NCBI GenBank assembly: GCA_000708835.1
Contig: DF237294.1
Coordinates: 1 to 64,000, forward strand
Source of the DNA: Klebsormidium nitens
Taxonomy: Eukaryota > Plantae > Klebsormidiophyceae
Reading direction: 5' to 3'
DNA length: 64,000 nucleotides
A program made the position numbers and the translations under genes. Position 1 is the stretch's first letter; each line of letters opens with the position of its first letter. Below the pieces are notes generated by a model, which was given only the letters and a program-made list of their open reading frames with translations, was not told the DNA's origin and did no database searches. Positions 49,408 to 60,316 of the stretch are shown here, piece by piece.

Positions 49408-52004
49408 TCAAAGCCTTTCACCAAATGCACCTAACCAAGAATTTTGGTGCATGCTTGCCCCACTCTCCTCACCCCTGCCGGGCGTCATTGTTGTTTCCAG
49501 CCTCGGCCTGGCCACACTTTGCGGACTGGGCCCGAGCATGAGGAGCTGCTTGCCGTGCACGCGCCACACCGAGTCGGCGAGCGCCCTGCTGGAGCGTACT
49601 ACTCTCCTCTGTAGGAACTCTCCCAAGCTCTCCTCCCGCGCCGGTTCCACCTGGACGATCTGGAGCCCCCGTGCTGTGAACGTCCCGGAGAAGGCCACCG
49701 GAAGCTCGCCTTCTGTGCCCAAGCACGAGGCGTCTTCTCTTGGACCACTAGGATCCGCCCCAGCAAAACACAATTTGGAGCCCGCCCTGCTATTACCCTC
49801 TGCTTCGAAGTCGTGCCCAATCGAATCCCTTTGTTCACGAGCATTCCATCCGGGATAGCAGCCCTGGACGGTTGTCGACACGAGGGGACTGCCAGAGAGG
49901 CCCAGGGCGTGCAGGCGGTGGCGCAGCCGGGCCTCCTTGCTGGCGAGCTCGGAGACGCGCTCCGAAGCACAACGGGCGGCCGTGAGCCACCACTGGTCGC
50001 CCTGCCAGCCAGGATGAGCAGCGTTCTGAAGCAGGACGAGGTTGACTTTAATGACTGCTCGGGGAGTTGCTCTAGGAGAATCATAAGAAGTACAGTGAAC
50101 ACATCTGGACAGCAATCAGTCTCGACTACTTTCAATACTACTCGGAAAGATCATGTACAAAGCCTACATTCGTCTTCCCAGCTTACGATGATGCAGCAGA
50201 GAGAACGACGGTTGGATGTTGTACCAGCAACGAGAAGATGCTGTTGCTCTTGCCCCGCCAACGTCCTTCTTGCAACAGGGTTCCTTCCAATCTGTGCAAC
50301 GACCCATACCCAATACTTACAGATGGCTGAACAGCGTTGGAAACTGGCAAAAACAGTATTGACGACGTAACGCTCTTCTGCGCCAGGGGGAGATTGGTGG
50401 ACGCGCCTCACCTGGTGGGCCCAGAGGTCCGAGACGGAAGCCAAGGATGGATCACATGCGTCCAAAGGGTCAAGGACATCAGTCCGTGAGTCTCTTGAGC
50501 TCACTCGGCGCTTCTTCTTTAGGGCAAGCTGCAACCCAAAACCCGAAATTGTCAGCAACGGTGCCAAACAACTCGATTATTTTTCCGAATCAGAGGATGT
50601 ACGTGTCGCAGTTGGCAAAAGCACAAGCTGACAATATGGATTGGCCCTTGCATAAAGGGCCAGCGGCAAGGAGTGACATCAGAAAGAAGGTTGCTAACTA
50701 ATATCCAATGTTGTGCAGACGAATACAACCTCAGGTTAAAAGCCCAGTGATGCTCTTTCAGACCTCAAAACGGTGACAGATCCAATAGCAAGCGGGCCTC
50801 ACCTGGGTTGTGCCCTGGCTGACCATGTTTGCGTCCAGCTCCCTCAGAGGCTCCCGTTCCCGCTGTGCTGCCCCAAGTGTCTCAGTAAAGAGAGGGAGAG
50901 TGCGCCCATCTGGAGGGACCATTGCAGCGATAGGCGCAGGCGGGAGAGGCTCCGCACTGGAGGCCTGCCACCCTGTGACGGGGATGAAGCGGGCAGGGAA
51001 GTCCACTCGGGGCTGATTGGGAAAAAGAAGGTCGTCTATTGTGGGGAGGCGTGCCCGGTGAATTCTAAGGTCTGGCTCAGAAGTGGGCAGGGGCTCAAGC
51101 GAAGCCCCCTCGGGGGCAGCTGGCTCTAGCCAGGCCTGCAGGCCCAGAGGTGGCGGGGGGTGCTGCTCAAGGGGCGCAGCTGCCTCTAAAGGGTCTGACA
51201 GCCGGCGCAGGGCATGCTGCTGAGTGAGGCTGCGCACCAGCTGGTCAAACTCAGTGGGATACAGCAACTCGTCAAAGCCACCGAAGGGGCTGCCACCGAA
51301 GTCTCCAAATGGAAAGAGAGGCCCAGCTGGCAGGGCGTCAAGGGCCGCATCGTGGAGCGGAGGGCTGGGAGAGAGGTCAGGCTCTTCAGCTGCTGCTTGC
51401 GCTGTGGCCCTGGGTGGTATGCGCGCCCGTTCAATGTCAGAGACAGGTGAAGGACCTCCCAACAGGAGCCCCCCCCGGCCTCCAGAATGTTGTGGGGGCA
51501 GCCGCACTGCAGGTCGCAGCTTGTGTCCTCTATCAGCCAGCTGTTGCGGTCTCTCCATGATCAGAGGCTGTCTGCTAGCCTGGAGAGGATCAGCCATCAG
51601 TCAAGCACTGCCAAGGAGGCACTGCATGATTGCGCCCAAAGAGCTGACGAAGTTTGGAACGATTCCTGCTTCCTAACGATCCACTTTACAGCAACAGAGA
51701 TACTGTCTTTCTACCTGGTGGAAAGAGGGAAGAGTGCAGCCTATGTAGAAGCGACTAAGATCCCAAGTCAGAGGGCCCTGGAGAACGCGACACAGGGCAG
51801 TATTACTGCCCAGCCACTCACCTCAAGGGGCTTGCCCATTTGTGAAGGTGGGCCGTCCAAACCAGCCTCACTGGCAGAACGCTTGAGCCGTTGTGGTGCC
51901 AGGTTCTCTTTGCTCCCAGTCGGTGCTCCCCTGCCAACGGCTTGGGCAGCAGTGAGGGCATGTCTGGCTGCAGCGGCCATCTGAGTGGCTTGCATGTCTA
52001 CGAC
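49408..52004 (-). CDS. Hypothetical multi-exon protein, no recognised domain; 5' end unresolved
   Basis: Phase-0 GT-AG exons approximately 52004-51822, 51778-51716, 51579-50797, 50528-50412, 50377-50321, one uncertain exon near 50290-50190, and a last exon ~50030-49408. Contains a KKKRR basic patch. Confidence 0.5.
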
Positions 52005-53350
52005 CTGCATACATAGCCAAGTTTTTTTGTTTCAGCGTTCCACAACCTTGGCAGTCTCTAAGCTTAACCTCTTGATGAGGATGATCGAGCTTCTGTTATG
52101 CATGCCCGTGATGCTGAGCAGTCTATCACCAAACCTCTGGGCAATGCTGATCCAATATTGGGAATTGCACGGACACGTTGAATGGTCTACTCACTGTACT
52201 CACTCTTACCAGGGCAACTTTCCTCAATCCTGGTGCCCAAAGCGATAAGAAGACCAGCAATCTGCCCGAGATTTGCAGGACCAGATTGCCTTTTGCTATA
52301 CATGTTCCGTTTAAGGAGCATTGCGCTTGAAACCTGCCCCCAGCCGTTTCCTAAGAGGACGCAGATCAGACAGACGTCAATTGTCACCTTAGATCCTGTG
52401 AAGCTCCTCTGAAGCACCGATTGAAGAATGTTTGTGCCCACCTCGGCACGTCTTGATGCAGCCTTCTTCGGATACTTGGCAAGCGGGCGCTGTGCCTCAA
52501 GTATTCTGAGCGTTCTCAAGTTTTCAGAGTGTCCAAACGCTGCAGTGATGGCCAGGAAGCGGACCCGATTGGGGACCTTCCGAGGATTGTTCTTACTGCC
52601 CTTCTTTAACGTCCATCTTTTAAGGTAGATACGACGTGGATACGACTAGCGACAGGAAAACAAGGAGCACTGAGGAAGAATTCTAATTGTGGATCAGTTG
52701 CAAGATACGAAGTGGGGACGAGGGGATCGTCCAAGCGGCGCGAACTTGGCAACACTCCTGAGGCTGCCGCTACATATCGGTAACCTTCCGCTCGGCTCTC
52801 CTGCGCTCAGAAACAAAGTCAGACTGTAGACACCACACTCTACGGTATTCAGACCGTATTCTCATTCCCAACCAAGTCGGGCGACGGGACCTAGCATGCC
52901 ACTGAGATGAATTCAAAATTCTAGCTAGTACTGGCGCCAAAACGGACGGCTTTGCTCAACAAACCGATCACGTGCTTGTATCGTACGCCATGAGTACCTA
53001 GCTCTTGCAATTTAAACCTCGCATCCAGCCAGGAATCAACCCGGATTCGCACGGCCGGCCGCGAGGACCGGGCCGCGGGACGCGCCTCGCGGCTGTAGGC
53101 AGTCTCTATATAGGTTATATAGGTAACCATAACTATAATACCGTGGGTACTCTCGTCGTCCGAGTCTTCACTCCTTGTCTCAACGACAAAACCGGGCGCC
53201 GCTGTGCTAACTACCGTTTACTTTCCGAGAGTTTAAGCAGTCGAAGCCGCGTCCTCAATGCTCATAGGCTCATTGCTCCTCATCGCTTCGTGCTTGGGGC
53301 AGGACGACACCTTTACGAATATCATTACCTACTGCGACGCCGGATCGTCA

Positions 53351-54986
53351 ATGAATGCTGCGGCAGAAAATTGCAGGCGATCGCCACCTAAGAGCAACAA
53401 AATATACTTGCAAAAGGACTACTGGGACAAGCGCTTTCAGGAGGAAGCAGAGTATGATTGGTTCAAAGGGTATGAAGAATTCCAAGAGCTTATGCACCAG
53501 CATGTAAAGCGCGAAGAGAAAATCTTGATTGTGGGCTGTGGAAATTCTGGTATGACAGAAGCAATGTACAGGGACAGATATTGCAACATTGTCAGTACGG
53601 ACATCTCCGAGGTCGTTGTTGAGAGGATGCAGCAAAAAGCCGCCAGCAACGGGTGTGAAGGTGAGAAACAAAATTGTGAGTCCAGCCTGCCTTAGCAAAG
53701 ATGTTGTGAGCCCTTTCTAGGTGGGCACTCAAATATCACACTCCAAGTTTTGTCGCTGCTCGCGGTGCCTACTTTGAGCACCTGGATATGATGGCAAAAG
53801 GCGCTCTGATCAGTGGGTGGTGCACCACCACCTGAAGGGCCCCTCCAAAAAATGAGGATGACAGCCACTTTCCCAAGTGCTAGCTGGCCGATGGCGCTGC
53901 GTGTCTCACCGGCGCTGTTTGGGTGGCAGGCATCAGGTGGCAGGTAGCGGACATGCTAAATCTTCCTTTCACCGACGGCCAGTTCGATGTGGTTATCGAG
54001 AAGGGGGCAATGGACGTTTTGTTCGTTGACAGTGATTCCCATTGGGACCCGTCAGAGCCGGTGGTGGCCCGCGTGCGCGCCATGTTGACGTCCGTGCACC
54101 GAGTCCTGGCCCCACATGGCCTCTTTGTCTCCATCACCTTTGGACAGGTGAGGAACGCGCCCGTGGGTGCTGCTCTGCAGCCGCCCAGCCTTGGTTGGCC
54201 CATGGCGCTGGCAGGTCCTGAAACCACTTCTCTTCCTAAGCAGAACTCGAAAACATGGTCCGTGGAATCAGGCCATAAGCACTTATACATGATGGCTTCC
54301 CTGCATGTTCATTTTTGTTTAAATGAAAGTTCCTCGCAGAAAGCCATCCCTGGATCTCCATCTTTTTTACCTTGCAAAAGACTCTCAGACTTGCTCTGCA
54401 GCCACACTTTCGGAGAAGGCTGTTTGAGAGCCCCGCCTACTCATGGGTGACTGCATACTCGACGTTTGGGGAAACATTTCATTACTTCTTCTACACGTTA
54501 CGGAAGGTGCGGCTCTGCCCTCATAAGCCTTCGCTCCAACATAGAATAGAAGAGAGTGTGCGAGTGGATGCAAGTACTCGGTCGAAGTCTCAAGGTGTTG
54601 CGCCAAGGGCAACACAGTTATGGATCTTGCGACTCGTAAGTCTCATTCTTGAATGACACGCACACGTGCAAGGAGGTGCCCACTTTGCTACATTCTTGCT
54701 GCGGTGTGCTCACTTGCCGGTATTCAGTTGCAAAGGCTTAGGTTTGTGATGCAAGAGGAGTCTGTGTCGTTTGCATTTAGTAGAGCAATCCCCGTCCCTG
54801 TCCTTGCAAATCGGCCCATTGACACTCGACCCACCCCCTTCAATGCAGGGGACCCAGAAAGCAGGAACAACCGAAGGAGATTGTGAACCAAAACAAAGTT
54901 TTGAACCAAAGCTTGACATGATGCATGAGACTATGGACGACCCGGATTCACTTATGCTCATACAAGTCGATGATGAGGGAGATTAA
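53351..54986 (+). CDS. EEF1AKMT4: Class I SAM methyltransferase, EEF1AKMT4 / METTL13-N-like, 4 exons
   Basis: Exons 53351 (or 53258)-53660, 53930-54147, 54402-54506, 54849-54986. Motifs: YWDKRF..EYDWF, ILIVGCGNS, TDISEVVV, FDVVIEKGAMDVLFVD..WDP, SITFGQPHFRR and FHYFFY. Confidence 0.87.
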
Positions 54987-55878
54987 AAAGTCTGAGCCCA
55001 CGCGCTATGCGGGCGCCCACGAGCCGATTTGCGTCAGATTTAAGGTAACCGCTGAAAAGCTTGTGTCAAATCAGAGTTGAGGCACACATACAATGGTCAA
55101 TGGTGAAGCCTGGCATGTAATTAGTCGTGACTCACGTGCTGATATAGTATGGATTTCCCGAAGTAATATTCTACCGGCTGATAATTCAAACCGAGGCCGT
55201 CGAGGCGGATGCCCATGCCAGTGCGTTTGTCGGTTGCATTCGTGCAGATCCGCACTCAGTGCTGTGCGAAGGCAAGGATTTTGAGTCCAACTTATCAGCT
55301 CGTTAATGTATCTGACATACATCATGGAAGGCTGCAACTTAAAGCTTACTTTATAACAATTGTCAATTATGGCCGCTATACTGTCACTAGGCGCGGCCAA
55401 TATAATACTTGCAGCTAAATGGCCCCGCGCGCGACGGGCCTTAAGCCGGCATATATAGCAGTCCAGATGTTTTCGACAGCTGATCATTAGCCCGGTGTGA
55501 GGCTAGCGTGATGGTCGTGACAGGGTCGTGACCGGCCAATTTCAGCTCCTTGTTCTGATTCGAAGCATTTCAAAAAAATCCCGGATAAATGAATTAGCAT
55601 CGCCCTATGGCCCTGGCACAATCGAGGTGGCCTGGACTCATTGGGTCGCTGGCCGGCCGTTCCGGACCTGAGATGACATGCACGTTTCCCGACCTGACCC
55701 GGCGACTGGACACCCTAGCTGCATAGTCCCTACTATGTTTCTCTCAGGCGTGCTTGCTACTTTTACAAAGCGGTTCTAGCATACATCATTTACAGCGCTG
55801 CCATAAACACGCTCGTTTTCGCCCCTGTCTGCAAAGACCCTCATTTAGGAGTCAGTCTCGCCCCGCTGCGACCATTTT

Positions 55879-58800
55879 CTAGGACCCACTACGGGCAGTC
55901 CCCATTGGCGCATCAGCCGGCCTCCCCCGGTTTTTGAGCTTGCTCAGGTCGAGTACCTGGCGGGGGTCGCCGAACTGCGACCGGTTGCCCAGCGTCTGGC
56001 CCAGCTCCTGCAGGTACTGCCCGTACTGCATCTGCTCCGCCTCCCACCGCTTCAGCACGGACGGCACCTCGGAGGGGGCCACCGACGCCATGGCCTCTCC
56101 CAGCCCCAGCGCATTGGCACTGCGACACGGACAGAGGGTCAAGGAAGCTATTTTGGGTCAAGGAAATTACTTTGGACTAAGTCAAAACCTTCAAAAACGC
56201 CTTCAGACTGCTGCACCTTGGGCAAATCTGCCGGTTAGAATGACCGCCCTTGAGATCGGGCCTGGCTATCAGGTCCGAAAGAAACCGTACATGGAAGTCA
56301 ATCGTGTGTGTTCCTTGCATAAGATGGAGGCGCAATAATCTTGTCAAGTAGACTACAGATTGCCCCGCACGCATCTTTGTGTAATGGACACGGCTGCACG
56401 GTGGAGCACGCGCGCACAGGCCATGCTCCAGACGCGACTCACAAAGCTTGGTCCGCCGAGGCTGCAGTGTGGGGCCGCGGAATGAAAGCTGCCTCTCCGA
56501 TAAGTGCAACGCGGCCGTGCGCCATGGCTGGTACCGCGAGATCATTGATGGTCTGCACGAACGGCTGCCGCGTCAGGGCCACCAGCTGCGCAAACTGGGG
56601 TGGCAAATGTGCTCGCGCGCGCTCCTTCTGCTGCTCCCACACCTGGGGCCGCAGCCTGTCGCCGGGGAGCGCGTCCGCGTGGCGCTGCCCGCCCGCATCC
56701 GTCAGCACGGGCGCCAGCTCGGCGTCGGTTGGGTAGTTCCAATACCTGCGCAGCCACGTGGGCGGAAGGCTGGAAACGAGGAAGCCCTTTCCTGGTCAAC
56801 CCACTAAAGGAGGCGAAGCTACGCGGCCTACCTGCACCTTCAAACTGATTGCCCGGCCAGACTGCCTCTGTTGTATACACACGGATTCCTTGCAGTTCAA
56901 TTCCGTTCGATTCAGGATTCTGCATATCATGGGCGAGAAAACCCAGGACTCTCGAATTGACTGGATGGACGGCTTTGAGATCAAAAGAGAAGCAGACGAC
57001 ATAACCGCCTCCCTCGAGCACAGTCCTGGAGTCGGGCAGATGATAGATCGTTCATGGGTCAACAGACCTGGCCAGGCCTGCACAACTTGAGCAGGGCACG
57101 CTCCGCTCACCAGACCCAGTTCATGTCGCGCTCTCCCGGCGCGAGGCTGCCCCCCGGCCCCGGGATAAGGTAGCTCAGGATCTGCGTGCCAGGCCCGTGG
57201 AAGAACGTGAAGCGGCCCATAAGCGTGGCCGCCACGTTGGCAGGCAGCTCCCGCTCGGGCACCACCTGGACACAGCCGCCGCACGCGGAGGTCAGGCCGG
57301 CCGCCACAGCCATGAGGTATAATTCCTAGTCTAAATGGGCGGAGAACGCGGGACCATAAGGGCGGCGAGTTCCAGTGGGCTCGCCAGGGGCATCAAATCC
57401 AGTAATCATTAAATCTGCTTCCTCCGAGATGCCACTTGTCTGGATTTTCGCTCATTGAGCTGCCTTTACAAGCTTGATCATATCTTACAAGATGCGACGT
57501 TCTATTTTTGGAACCGACGGAAGACGTCTTTTGTTGCACGGACCTCGAACATGATCGAAACATGACAACAGCAGACATGTGAGCATTTTTTATTTTCTAT
57601 CGATCCATCGAAAACGGCTTAGAGTGCGTGTCAGCCACAGGGTGTCGACTCTTCTGCAGAATGTTCCTTTGAAGAAAGAAGCGGCACAGATTCACACAGA
57701 AAAGCCAACGGGTGCCAGCTTTCGTAGAAATTCACTTGCTGAAAAGATCGCAGCGCCTTAGGAAAAAAGGGAATTGAAAGAAAGAGCAAGGAGAAAGTCA
57801 CATCAAACTTGAGGGCCGACCATCCCCAGTCACAACCACGACTGTTAAATTCTCTTGGCAAGAATCTACAGCAGAGGTCTCGAGCACTTCACTACCTACC
57901 CAGAGTATCACGAGACAACGTCCACTCTCATCTTTACTGACATGACAGCAATAATGAGCCCAAAGAAATAAGACGGTCCAATCATCCGAAGTGCAAGCTC
58001 ACGGGTCTGAAACCAGAAAGATGGCTGCCCCCTGCTTCGCCGTTTTTAGAAGGAGACCAGCACTGTGTTGACTCCTCCATGAATCGAACTAGATCTCCTG
58101 CCTCCTAGCCAGCGCGTGCGCTCACCCCTCTCCACGCAACATAACCCGCGTAGCGCTTCTCCACGTCTGGCAGCAGCTGGTGGCGCACCACAGAGCGTGG
58201 ACCGTCCGCGGCCACAAACAGGTCAGCCGGCACGCTCGCCCCACCTTCTAATTGCACCTCGACCTGGTTTTTGTCCTCAGAGAATCCGGAGACAGGGCTG
58301 CCGCTGTGGTACCTGGCTGGGAAGGAGGGGGCAACCTTGATGAGGCTGGCAAGGTGGACCAAGCCTTGCGAAAGCAAGAGTCTTCACGGTTGAAATGAGG
58401 CCTCTTTGTAGGGAGAATTTTGGAACTGCTACACTGCTTGGATACTTCCGGAAAATAGTAATTGAGAAGAAGAGTTCGGTCATTCATGTATCACAGCTAA
58501 AACAAGGACCTGAGTAAGGACTCACTTATGGTTTGCAGAGAACAGAGTCATTAGAGGTCCATGACGTGGAAAAGTGAACCATTGGAGGCGCGTACCTGTC
58601 GACGGGAAAGGCGTCCTTGAGTGCCTTGTAGAGCACGGACCAGGAGGTCATGCGTTGCGTGTAGTCCTCCTTGCGCGTGACACCCCCCTCGCGGTCCAGG
58701 TACTGCCGCCGCTCACAGCGCACACTCATGGCGTCCGGGGGCGCCAGGTCCATGACACGGAAGAAGTCGAGCACGTGTCGCTGGAGCACGATGCCTGCAA

Positions 58801-59523
58801 GGAGGCAGAGAAGCAGGAGCAACAGCGTCAGTGGACTGGAAGTGAGACTGGCTCTACTTGAACGTTTGAGTAGGTGGCGGGTTGTACATGGGAGACAGCC
58901 TGGTACCCTGGCAGAGCCCAGCGTGTAAGGAAGTTCACAAACATCCAGAAGGGGCTCCTGGCAAGCTACCCTATTGGAGCAGACAGAGAGAATCTAGAAA
59001 CGAAGGCTGGGCGAGGCCAGGGCATGCGGAGCATCAAAGCGCATGCATTCGTGGTGGCTTGCATGGCTTCGCAACAGCGGTGGTTGGTTTCATAGAACTG
59101 TGATCTAAGATCTCATACGTGCACTACAAATGAATTTGTGCCCCTAAACAGTGACTGGTGGCCTGAAAGCTGGCTGGCCCGCTCGAAAGGCCAATGCAAA
59201 CACAATTTGCTGATTCCTACGTTTTGGCGCCACTTGTCAGCGTTGCTGCCCTACTCAGCCTCAGGACCAGCAATGGTGCCAGCTCGCTGCCGATGCCCTG
59301 GCAATTCCGAAGGCTGCGGCCACTGGGTGATATATACCACTGCATCACTAAACACGCGAGGCCGGTGCAGGAGGCTGACCTGCCCCCCGGTGGCTGCGGT
59401 CCTGCGTGGGAGAGCGCTCATACAGCTGCACGTTGTGGCCCGCGCGCAGCAGCAAGAGAGCCGCCGACAGGCCCGCCAGGCTGCCCCCCCCAACCACCAC
59501 GTCCAGGGAGCTGGCGGCTGCAT
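55879..59523 (-). CDS. FAD-dependent monooxygenase, 2,6-dihydroxypyridine 3-hydroxylase (DHPH)-like, 6 exons
   Basis: Exons 59523-59380, 58794-58596, 58312-58126, 57265-57111, 56745-56443, 56119-55879. Motifs: GGSLAGL..YERS, RGAGIVLQ, TSWSVLYKAL, VAADGPRSVVR, YAGYVAWRGVV, ILSYLIPG, MNWVWYWN and GRVALIGEAAFIPRPHTAAS. Confidence 0.9.
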
Positions 59524-59635
59524 GCCGCGCCATGCAGGGGTTGGAAGGAGCTACTGGTACGGGGCTTGGATAGGTGTGGTGAAGGTGGTCTTCAAGCGCC
59601 ACCTTCCCACTTCGTGGTGCACAGCGCTGGCGAGC

Positions 59636-59680
59636 GCTGGCTGGCTACCTGGCTGGCTACCTGGCTGGCTGGCTGGCTGG
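59636..59680 (+). repeat. Imperfect (GCTG)n microsatellite upstream of the monooxygenase
   Basis: gctggctggctacctggctggctacctggctggctggctggctgg. Confidence 0.85.
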
Positions 59681-60316
59681 TAATTGAAGCTCCAATTTCA
59701 AAGCTCTCAAGTGCACTGCTTTGCCACAATGCTGGCACTGTGGAAGATTCATGCAAAAAGTCAGACAGGCACGGTGCATCAAATTCAATGCCATCATGCA
59801 AGCTCGAATACATGTCCTCTTTTGACACAAGACGAGTGTTGCTGCAGCCTCGACTGCAGAATCGAAGTCCAACACCTGGTCGACTCTCCAGCATCTGAGC
59901 CGCCTTCTCGACAGTTGCCGGAAGCATATGTATGTCTGTGTCAAGCCAGATTTGTTGGAATTTGCAATAATAATCAAATGCCAATGCCAATTGTCAAGCA
60001 ATGGTGGCAATGACTGCATTGTATCGATGACAATGTGGCACTAAAGCGGAAACTCTGTGTGCTTGTCCTTGAAGTTGTCGACGGTGTGGGCAGCCTGCTG
60101 AAGCAGATTGGTCTGACGCGGTAGGAGAAGGTGTGCACTGGCGAGGTGGTAGGTACGATGAAGGCCGCGGGGATCCCGGCCAAGAGCACGTTCTCCTTTC
60201 GCGCTGATGTGGGCAGGCAGCAGGAGATCTCACAAGTGATGAGTCCTTTCACAGCCATTCTAGAGATTCGTATGCTGAAGATCAGTCGTTCCCTGCTTAA
60301 TATAGCAACACCACAC

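Noticed and set aside
55440-55780. TATA-like sequence followed by a GC-rich stretch between two convergent genes, as a possible ncRNA gene
   Set aside because: No match to snRNA, SRP or snoRNA motifs I know. It is adequately explained as 3' UTR or intergenic DNA.
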